Shown here one piece after another: positions 14,601-26,600 of a stretch of 64,000 nt of DNA. The notes beneath the pieces are model-generated. The model was not told the origin of the DNA and did not search any database. It saw only the letters and a list, made by a program, of their open reading frames with translations. The stretch covers positions 47,808,862 through 47,872,861 of the forward strand of contig CM074511.1 in NCBI GenBank assembly GCA_037379345.1, given 5' to 3'. The translations under genes and the position numbers were made by a program. The stretch comes from Perna viridis. Its lineage: Eukaryota. How positions within the stretch are numbered: the stretch's first letter is position 1; each line of letters starts with the position of its first letter.

Positions 14601-17600
14601 GTAAACACAATATGATTTGTCTTACACAACAAAAAGTACTGTGTATACATGCTAACTACTGAACTTTTTTGTCCTTGTGATATGTCATATAATTTAGAGG
14701 AGTGATCTATTTCCTATGCCATGTTATAGGTAATCTTTGTTAATAACCAACTAAATTTCATAATATGTACAGGTTAAAGTATAAAAATATATGCTTATTG
14801 TACTTTAATCTGATGATCTCCAAACAGGAACACAGTAGAAATTCCATCATCACCAGCTTTCCTTATCATCTTCCTGAGATCCTCTCTCCATTCAGATGTC
14901 ATATAGTTCTTTGTTATCTCTATTTGGAAGAGTTCAAAGTCTGACATGAAGGCTGCTAGTCTGGCTGCACTCTGTCTACCACTGCCTCCAATACCTACAG
15001 CAATCAATAAGTGAAACAAAAACCTTGACGTGATCATGCAGAATACAAGTGTCTGAAAAGACTTCTTTTTCAAGTAAGTTAAAGCACAATTGACAAGAAA
15101 ATATAAAAAAGTGTCTTATAGAGAATGTAATTTCATAGCATCTTATAATTTTCTGAATCCTTTCCAAGTAGCAAATTTATAATTTTTTGAAATTTTTACA
15201 TTAAATTTTTAATAAGTTTAAAAATGTAAACCCAAATGGTGTGAATTTTTTTCATATTTATCTCCATGGAAACAAAGAAGGAGTAAATTACCTTCATTAT
15301 ACAATAAAAGTTTTGTTATGCTACCTACCAACCAGTAGACAGTGACCATTTGGTTGTTTGAGAACTCTACTGATTCTGGATATATGTTCTATAGCAAATC
15401 TAAACATGACTAAGTCCATAGGGGCCTTGCTCATCTCATAGTTATAATCTTCTAAAGATCTCTCTATTGTCTACAAAGAAAACATGAAATTTGCATGTAT
15501 TGTTGTTTTAGGTAGACTCCAACTTGTACAAGAAGTAGATATTGGACAGCAACCAAATTAATTATGTAGCCTCATCTTGATAAAGCCATATACCATGTTA
15601 GATTCACCCAGTGACAGCTGAGATTATTTTTAGATGAAAATTTTCTCTATCCCTACATATTATGAAAAATGGCAAAGTTCCACAAAACAGAAAGTTGATA
15701 ATAGAAAGCTACCAATACAGCTTATAATGTACACACCATCTATATACAGCAACAAACAAAATTTGATATCTATCTATCCATTGGGAGATATTGCAAGGAA
15801 ATAGGGACAGGGTAATTCCAATATACCATCCACTCAATGAGTTGGAGGGGGGAGGGTATAATACATAACAAGAGGCTCCCAAGAGCTTGAATCGCTCACC
15901 TTGTTGAATTTTGCCTTTCAAGGGCAATAAATTAAACAAGTTGTCCAACAATTTTGACTCAAGAAAATTTTGATAGGATTTATCATAAGGATCATTTCAG
16001 GAAATGAAAGTCTAAATCTATCATTGTTTTCAAGTCACTGGCTGAAAACTGTAAAAAAAAACAACAAGGGCAATAACACTTATAAGAAGGTGTCTGACAA
16101 ATTTTATGCCTGAAGACTTTTGTAGTCCTAAAGATAAGGATCATTTCAGCAATTGAAAGAATTTAGCTAAACCTAACAGTTTTGGAGATATAAGCAAAAA
16201 ACTACTGTCTGACCCCTATGTTCTATTTTTAGTAACGGCAGCCAGGTTTTTCGACGGAGCAAAAATGGCAATCTTTTCTCACCCACCTTCCTTAAAATTT
16301 TTACAATTATCTTTTTTCTACAATAAATAAAGGATAATATTTGTACCTCTGTTAATTCCTTCAGGTCTGTGATCTCATCATAGAGTTTTTCATCTTTTGT
16401 CTTTGACAAGAAATCTCCAAAGAGGAGGCTCCTAAGATCGTCATCTGTGACTTGGTCTCCTTTCTCTTTCACCAGATGACTGAACAGGGTGGAGTACTTC
16501 TCCTTACAGTTTGTTTCAACACATGTCTGAAAATTTCAAATACCACTCAATAATGAACTCAGCCAATATAAGAACAAGAATTTATTAATGAAGGTCATAA
16601 AGATTCGAAACACAAAATTTTCTGACAAGTCACTTTAAACAGCAATTATCAGTTTATCATAATAATAATGGGGTCATAGGAATCTTCACTTTACCCCTTG
16701 GCTACGAATAAATTTGTTAGTACTTATGTTAATACCGATTCATTGCACTTAAAAATTCTAAAACAGCTACAAGAAATATACTAAGAAAAAGAAGATGTCT
16801 CAAAATCAAATATTAAAATTTTTCACTCTACACCTTTATGTAATAAAATCATTACAACAGAATTTACCTTAACCATGTGGAAGAAGAGAGCTCTGTCACT
16901 TTCATTGATAAGTCTATCATAGAAAACTCTGTAGACCTCATGTACCCATAACCTTATTATTTTATGTCCTCCCTCTGTACCCTCAGGAACTACCTCAGGC
17001 TTCAGTAACAGGACTCCCTATAAATAAACATATAACTTTAAAATTTTTCAGTACAACATTGATAATAAAAATAATTAATAGCAATCACCTATCACCCACT
17101 ACAAAAATGTCATCTTCCCAACTGTTAGGATGTTATTAAAAATTATTTGAAGGTTTCATCTCATCATAGTTTCCCTATTATGCTCAGTGAAGCACATGTA
17201 TCACACCATCACAATCTATCCACTACTGCAATACTATGGAAGGTTTTAATGTCAAACATTCTGCATTGACTGTCATTCTGTTTAATTGTCTCCCCAAATA
17301 AGCCATATTATTTGATATAATTAATCTTGATTAGGCTACATTGTGTCATAAAAAAAAACTTTATGTTTTGATTTAGAATCTATTCTTAGTTTGGACAAAA
17401 AATCAATTAGAAATTTTAAAATTATAAGTAATGTTCCAACTTGTGCTTGCTTGATCAATTTTGGGACAGCTTATGCTTGTTCATAAAACTGATAGGGATT
17501 CATAAAACTCCAACTGCCCTTAAGATGGTTCTTTCATGCAACTTAGTCAAAAATTTTAAATAGTTCTTAAATTCAGTGAAACTTGTCCTAACCAATCTCC

Positions 17601-20600
17601 TTTTGGACTTTAGAATAGGCTTCGTTCAGACAGGTGTTCAGTTTACACAAGTCAAAATTGATATAAAAGGACTTTAAAAAGTGTCTGGTTTAGACAGGTT
17701 TTTGTATTATTTATGGTTCAGTTTAAGTAGGTTTCATTGTACTACTATGTCAACAAAAAAGCATGGCATATCAAAGCAAAAACAATATGTGGTATGTTCC
17801 ATTATTGTACTTTACCTGAACAACTCTTGCAAAATCTCTAAGATTGAAGACATAATGTGACCTGGATGGGGTTGGCAGGAACTTAGATATAGCATTGTTA
17901 TATATCTCCATAGTACTTGTGATTATGATCTGTAAATTCAAATTTCACTTTATAACAAATGAGAAAAATTAATGTTTTCTTGATTCACTACTGAAGAATT
18001 GGCATACATTTTTTACCCAAGGTCAAAATATATGTAAATTGTGAGTGAAAGGTCCCATTTTACACATGGATAAATTCTTGAAAAACAGTGTTTAATCCAA
18101 AATTATATGAAATATATTTATTGCTTTTTTTTTCTTAGAGACTCACATTCAGTAAGTTTTCCAAAGTTAAATACTATGAAAAACTCATCTTTAACAGGAA
18201 TGCTACTGCTAAAACAAGAATTTAATTCCATCTTTTATTTTTCACTTTCTTGCCTCTAATCAACAAAACATACTGATACATGAACATCAAAATTGAAAAA
18301 ACAACTCACTCTAGAAAACCGTCTTAGATTTGTTTCAAATGATTTAAAATGCCAGTCAATGATTGGAGTAAATATACTCTTCATGGTTTCCTCATCAAAG
18401 GACTCTATGGCAATCACATTAAAATGTCTAAGGAAGCGAGGTGTGACATCGTTTCTTCCTCCACCAGGGGGTCCCATAGCTGACAACATGTTGATATCTA
18501 CTAGTTCCAATATACTGGTGTCTTTTCTGTAAAGAATGGAACATACTGTACCATGACTGTCCTCAATTTTTTTGCGCTTACAAAATTATCTATCATTCAA
18601 ATCATACTGACTAAGGAAAACTGAGACTTGGCCAGCACATTAAAAAAAAACCAATTCATCCAACCATAATTCCATTCTTAAAAATCAAATACAAAATCTG
18701 TCATAACTTATCCAGATCATTAATAACTATAAAATTACACCTGCTTCAGACAAATTGGCGATAACTGTACTTAACCTTGTTTACCATAATACTGATAAAG
18801 TAGCATTTAAATAAAAAAAAAAGCTATATTCACCCAACACTGAGTATAAAGCTTACCTATCAAACCAATATCCATGGTCTATGTACTGTCTAAGGATTTC
18901 TATGGGAGGTTGAGCTCCATACTTCTCTTTGGCAGGCATGTTAAGATCATCTACAAACACAATCAGCTTCTTACCAGGAGCAGGTCCATGTACTCCTTTC
19001 TTTCTCCTGTAATAAAAGATTATTTGAACACTTTATACCTTGATTTAAATGTACAGAAGTAGAAAAAGAAACCTTAGTAAATGCTTATTCTGCTACTTTT
19101 TATACAGATTTCTATTGATTGATTGATTGCAGTTTTATATTTAAAAACACTAACTGTATTCACTAATTTCAAAACAAGTCTTTTTATCTTAATTTGATGT
19201 CAGTAGTCATTAACTTTGTAATATCTGCAATGAAAAAGATGTGCAATGTATGCAATAGTTCTATTCTGTCACACTGTACACACTTACTTTATAAGATAAT
19301 CTATATACATCCTATCCAACTTATAGAAATTTACCTATCCAACTTAGAGAAAATGATATCCTGAGTTGCATTAGCTGAAGTTTGAGCAGAGAAGTTGACA
19401 TTGTTGATGATATATTTCTCCTTTGGTAGACTAAGTAGATAATTATTACTGATGGCTGATTTCCCAGTACCAGTAGGTCCAACTAATAACAAAGGTTTGT
19501 CCTTCATCAGCAATCTCTCAAGAAAATACTTCTGTCTCTCAGTCTCAACTGTGTTGATGATCAACTCATTAATCTGTAGATCAAAGGTCAAAGGTCAAAT
19601 CAAGGACATGATGATACATTCTTGATATGAGGGGGAAAAATTAATGACTGAAATGCAACAGAAAGGGGGCATGTATACTAATATGTTGAAATGGATTAGT
19701 GGAAAGTGATTACTTTTTAACAAAATGAATTAATATTGAATTAAAAAAATATCTATTAGCATATTAGAATTAATAAGGAAAATTGAAGTTTCAATGAAGT
19801 AATATGTTATAAATGACACAAAATTGCTGAAACAAAACATACATGTTCATCATTACAATTATCTCATCCCATGTGCAAGTGCAGAACAGAGGATAGAATC
19901 TTAGCTCAGGAGCTCGATAGGAACATGGCTTAACATGAAAAGAGAAGCTATTTTTTACAAAGACAGATCCCCTTTGGACATATCAGCCAAACACAAGTTT
20001 GTCTTCACATGGACATAACCTATCAACCATTGGTACAGATGACCAACTATCCAACAGACTGTTTGTATAATACTTATATAAACTTTGTTTGGCTTGTAAT
20101 ATTCAGAGCAAGAATAGGAATGTCTAAAGACCCCATTCAAACCTGTAAATCATATGACAGATAAGACTGAGAGATGAACTTTGACCCCTTGAATTGATGT
20201 GCATGTGGCTTACCATAATCCGTAGCTCATTGTCTTTCTGTAAAACACACAAGGTGAGGTGTTAATGAAAATAAAACAAACATGTTAGTGCACAGCTGTA
20301 AACATAATATAAAGCTGTAATAGGTTTAGTACCAATTTATGCAGAATTTAGGATTTTTCATTAGTGTAAAAACTTAATACAGAGTAAATCTTAGAAAAAA
20401 TACTTGTGAAAATGAAATTAAATGCTTTAGTTCATTATTAGCATTACAGCAGGTTAACTTCAGGGAATTTACTTGGTTTCCCTTTGGTGTAAATAACATT
20501 TGGTGGAATGACCGTTTCCTGCTAAAACCCCTTAAGTAGTTAACTGAAAAATTAATTAAAAAGGAGATTTGAACTTTCTATCATTTCATAGGTATCTTAA

Positions 20601-23600
20601 TCTAAATTTGATAGAAAACTTAAATATCTTTTTCGATCATCTAGTTATCTACCTGAAGGTTGTGATTTAACCAAGGGAAGACCAATTCTATTCTCTGAAG
20701 TTAACCATTTTACTCGCTGTAATAATTACATTTCAGTGCCTTTACTTGTTTACTCAGTCTGCATATAGTGGTTCCCATTACATTACACAACACCAAACAC
20801 ATATATGCCATTCATCAAAATAATGACTTGCGTTTAATATCAAGTTTGGTTTTAAAACTTGAAACATTGGTTAGATATCAAAGCAAAGCATTTCGTATTA
20901 ATAGTGTAAGGAGTTGTTCTATACGCCAAATTAATTAAAATGTTAACTTAAATACATAACATGTTTCCATGCCAAATTATTAAAATATTAACTTAAATAC
21001 ATAACATCTATATTAAACAAACAATTCAGAGCTGTTATGCTCTTATGTTTTCTATAATTAAAAATATACCACCTACCAACTACAATATTAAATGTGTAAC
21101 AAATACATGTATGAGCTACAGGTGTTATAAATACTCTCTTATTCCTATTCTTAGAACCAGAAAATGATATATTGTTTTATATAACCGCTTGAATTTAATG
21201 CACTCCTTATTTCAATAAAGTGCATTTAATTTACATTAAATTAATATTCTCAAATTACCACTGTTAAATTAAAAAATATTGGAGCCAGTTCTCACCGAAG
21301 ATTGGCTCTGATCTGAGCAGTATATAATAAAGTGCTGGACACACAGAGAAACATATTAATAAGATAGTTAATTGGAAAGGAGAATGATCAAAATATAATC
21401 CCATGTGCTGCAAGTACTTGGAAAAAACACTCATTTAATTTTGGCAATTAATTATCATATTAATATTCTTTACTGTGCTCCTGTTTTGAGTCACATCCAA
21501 AACTTAACCTTCTAAAGGAAAAAAAAAAATCCTTTAAAACACGACATGAACTACAATGCCGGTGTTACTTGGCATGTAAATATGTGCAATACAAATTAGA
21601 TAATATTAAATAAAATTAGTTTCAAAATCTACACTACATTAGTCAGAGTTAAACGTGCATTTGACAGAGAGCTATGGTCTATTTATTCCATCATGCATTC
21701 TAAATATAGACAGTTTCCAACATGCATTCTAAATATAGACAGTTTCCAACATGCATTCTAAATATTGTCAGTTTCCATCATGCATTCAAAATATAGTCAG
21801 GTTTCATCACACATTCTAAATATGTGTAGAAACATATGCATACAATTTAACTTCTATTGTAATATCAGGCACATGCAGGGCATTGTAATGAGAATAAATT
21901 CACAGAAAAAAATTGATAGGTGTCATCAGAAAAAGACAACATGGCCACCCCTTGTATAACCAATAAGATGACCCTCCCAAAAAGTTTACAACATGAGTCT
22001 ACCAGTAACAATCATCTTAATACACCGTTGAGGATTTTAGTGTGCCACCTTTTGAGCAATTTGATGGCTATGTACCTCCTACCACAACCACACACTTGTG
22101 TAATCCAAACCTGTTGTCACATAGAATTATGACCTACCGGTAATGTTGAGGAACAATCTGAGTTTAATGAAGACTAGAAAAATATACAACAATTAAATGA
22201 ACAAAGATCCTTCCATTAACCTATTGCTTCATTCCGATTTCTCATCAATTATTAATATGCTACACTTTCCTGAAAGAACACTGTGCAAAATTTCAATAAT
22301 ATTTGTTCAATACTTTTTTTGAGTTACTAATTACAAAGTAAGTGCCCATAAGCATGACAGACAGATGGTCATTGGACCTAGACCTGGCCCCAGTGCCACA
22401 AAGTTTGAAACAATACTCAAGTCTGAGAAAATTCTTAACTGTTTGTGTCATCATCTATTTCAATTATTGTGATTGGAGTTACCATGGAAGCTATGAATAT
22501 TATCACACTTAAATATTTTCAAGTTTTGTGGCGGTGGGGTCTACATTCATGGTTGGTGACACAAATAAAAACTCCAAATCCAGTTTGTTTCATGCAAATC
22601 ATGCACCATGATACTTCAAACTATAAAGATACATGTGCATGTACAGCTACAACTCAGCAACATACAAAGAAAATCAGAGATGACACCTAACAAACTATGA
22701 AAGAAACACAAACAGAAGTTTTAACTATCATTAGAAACATGCTGTTACTATATAACATGCATTTCAAATGCAGTTACCATATCTTGTCCACCGAAGGCAT
22801 CCTTAGGTTTCGACTAATAGAATAAATAATTTCATTTACAGATAAGCTGACTTCCTTGGTTGTTAGAAAGTCAATGTAGTATAGCCGTCTCCTTTACAAG
22901 AGGGGCTTACATTTTCCTTTAACAAATTGTCAAAGCTCAAAATGAAAATATGAATTTATTTTAGTCAAAACTATATTATGGCCAATAGTTTGCAAACTGA
23001 AAATCTCTTCTATTGGTTGAAATTTCACAGAAAAAAATTATGTAGCTTGTAAATTTGTAATCCTTTGCAACTTCAGCAAATATAAATTCTTAAACATAAA
23101 AAAATAAGAAGTCTACACTATAAATTCAATTGAATAAAATGGAATTACATAAATCATGATATTGGTTGTATCAAAATCCTTCACCTTATAAGGGATTATA
23201 GACGTTGTCATGCTAATATAATACCCATTCATATCTAATCTTCCTACCAACTTCACCCAATAGCAAGATAACATTTGACAGAATTGGAAATATATGAACA
23301 TTCATATACTGATAACATAATATCAAATCTAAAATCTAAAATTTTAAAATGGAAATTTTCGCAAATCTGCTATTTCAAACAGAAACAGGATTTGGGAACA
23401 TGCTGAATTGAACACCAGAGTTTTCATGGTCAATCTACAAACCAAATAAAAGACCATTCTACAATATGACCTACATTTTCGAGTTACCAGTAAATAACAG
23501 TAGTACTGCAGAACAAAAAGTTGGTGTTCAACAATCTATGTGATGAAAAAAATTGAAGAAAAATGGGAAAAATATTGATGATCAATAAAAAGACAATTGA

Positions 23601-26600
23601 AAGACTAAATTAGTTAAACAAGGCAATTGCAATATAAATACCCCCCAAATAGCCCCACCCCCAGTAATCATATGCAAACGGGTATAATATATCAGAACTA
23701 GGTGCTTTGTATAATTTGTAAATATGTGCTTTGTAGACAACTATTTCTCTTAGCAATAGAGATTAATGAATATTTTAGAACTATAAATTGTAAAGCAACT
23801 ACCAAGATTTTGCATTTAATAGTATATATAGGCTTACGTAATAATTTGATGTTTTTAATTTACCAGTACTTCAAACAAAAATAATTAAAAATCCCAATCT
23901 TAACACAAAAATTATCAGTTACTCCTGCATTTTTAAAATCTGACAGATTACTAAATAATTATTGATCCTTAAATTACATTACTATTTTAAAAATAATAAG
24001 GCGTTCAAGTCAAAATATTTTCAAATTTAAAAAAATATATATATAAAGAATATATATATACGTAACAATATTCACCCCTTCCCACCTCAGCCTTTCTACA
24101 TTACTATGTAATATTGACATGCTGATAAATCTAGAGGTTTACCTGAATGGCCTGTAAACATTAAATAAACATATAATAAGAAACAAAAAATAAAATGCAA
24201 ACATAACAGTAGTTTTACTATGTCGGGGCTTGATCATTTTTCTTGGCTTCAGTATAACTTCCTTAGATAGATAGACCAGTATGTTTTTTTAACACTGACA
24301 TTGTGAAGAAAGTACAAATGTAATGAGCATAGAAAAGAACCTTAGGCCTAAAATATAATACAAGTAGTTGTGTTTCCTATTACACTTTTGAAAAAAATAG
24401 GATAGGTTGTTAGGGATATTTTTTACATTGAGTCTATGCAAGAAACATACAGACTTTGATAGTGCTCATTAAAAAACGACAAAATACTTAAGGGTACACT
24501 AATTAGCTGGGGAAAAAAACATGGTGTGTAGGTTTATAGGAAACACATATCTTTTTTCATTTGGCATTAGTATCTCAAGTCAAAAGGCATAAAGCGGAGG
24601 TACTAGAATTCAAGTATTCCTTTTTTTGTGATAAATAAAATGTTTTGGATCCTTGACTTCACAAATATTAATTAATCAAATTCAACATTATTATTCAATA
24701 TTAAAAAATCACTAATCAAAAATTTATGCCATGAAAGTAACAGTCCTTATCATGATAAAATGAATCAAGAGCGATTTTTATCCCTTGTATTAGTGAATTG
24801 AAGAAATTAATGAATGACAAATGACAGCCCCTAACACAGATCTGTGAAAATAAAACAAAGTTTAAAGTAATGACCTGTCCCTGAGTGACTAAAATGAAAT
24901 TTAGAAGCATAAGCTTTAAAATTATTGTATACCACATCTAATAAAGCATAACTTTAAGCATTTATCAAAGCTAAGCACATCAAAATCCAATTTTCTTTGA
25001 CACTTTCAACAGAAAATGACATTCATCTTCAATGTTACCTTAGCTTTATCATCAATACTGAATGCTTGAATGAGACTGCTCCACTGACACCATGCTCCGT
25101 ACTGTTTCTTTATGTAGACATGATCGTACACAGTCCCTTTCTTTGGAATCAACAGGTTTCTTGCAAACTTTAAATCTTTTGGCCTGTTTGAAAACCAGTG
25201 CAGATTGTTAAATCATGTTTTATATATTAAAATTCAATACAATTTCAAACAGAATCAAATGCATAAACACCTTTGTCATTTAATAATTAAGGTAACTAGC
25301 TGAATACTGTTTAATACAACCCAAAATTTTATGTCAAAAGAGTTTAATTTAAATTTCAAATTGCTGATTAAAATTAAAAAGAATCTTCACTGATACATGA
25401 TTTATTTTTTCTTATATCAAAAAGCAAAAAATTTAGTGTTACCTTGAACTTTTGGAATTGTATTGTCAAACTCTACAAACATCCAGAACAAATGTACAAA
25501 AACTGTACAAATGTCAAGAATAAATGTACAAACACTGTACAAACAAATGTACAAAAACTCAGTATGGTTTTATTGTAATTATGTCCTTTTATTAATTAAA
25601 TACTGAGTATGCTTAAAAAGTATGATTTAATTTTGAAACCTGAAACACCAAGAGTGGATACTGAAAATTAAATACCAGTCCAAACACCTGTAAGTATGTA
25701 AATATAGAATAGTTAGTCCTACCCACACAGGTCACACTTCAATTATTTGTTGTATCTACAGACCATATGTCTTGTTAGTGAATAAAAACACATTCAAGCA
25801 GCCATAATGTAATTCAAAATATCAAAAAATATTTCTACCACCAGAGAAAAAAATATATTTCATGGGAGACAGATTGAGGATCAAATCAATGAAATTCTTA
25901 TACATTTTATAAGATTTACTTTTACCAACCACTTTGTTTTCTTACAACATAGTAAGTTCAATGCATGGTTATTACTTTCTCATGTGATATCTCTCACAAT
26001 CTTATTATAGCATATACAATAATGATGTTCTGGGGTAGAGTTGGTCAATTAATTAAATAACAATTAGGGATGAACTTCCTTAGGAAGCTGACTGGGGAGA
26101 TATAAACTTAATAGATTTGATAATAATCCAGTTATCCAACCTAAGGAAGTTCACAAAATAAATGTCATTTTATGAAGAAAAGACAAACTCTATCCGCTAA
26201 ACATCATCATTGTTTGTGCTGTAACAATTTAATACAGAGTACAAATAAATATTCTCTGACAATGAATTGCTGACACCAAAATGATATTAATTTCATTGGG
26301 TTTTATCATTTCAATATAACAATTTATGAAATCAATTTCTCCAAGTAAGTTATACTATCAGCATTAGCCTATAAAGGGCACACAGAAATCAGATTGGGAA
26401 AGCATGGGGAATGGGTCAAAACCGAACAATCAAACCTTTAGGATACTGCTTCATATAGAGAGGGACTCAAACAGAAGTATGATCTATTTATAGCTAGGGG
26501 GAATTCCTCAATCAACCTCACTTTAATTCTTACCTAGTCATCCCTTGAACCCTATAACATTGAGATTATAAGGTTTATACAGAGTGACAGAATATACACG

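Noticed and set aside
19955-20143. 61-aa ORF behind a good ATTTACAG acceptor
   Set aside because: In the dynein phase it reads V-stop, and the long frame has no compatible upstream exon. At most a terminal or poison exon.
20754-20818. C/D-box-like pair TGATGA...CTGA on the minus strand
   Set aside because: No terminal stem or recognisable rRNA guide; such motifs are common by chance.
21259-24085. Other AG..GT segments of 2, 5, 10 and 28 nt in the microexon-rich intron
   Set aside because: Non-3n and mostly weaker sites; recorded as background against which the cluster must be judged.
25723-25755. 33-nt AG..GT segment
   Set aside because: Stops in all three frames; shows that chance 3n candidates do occur.
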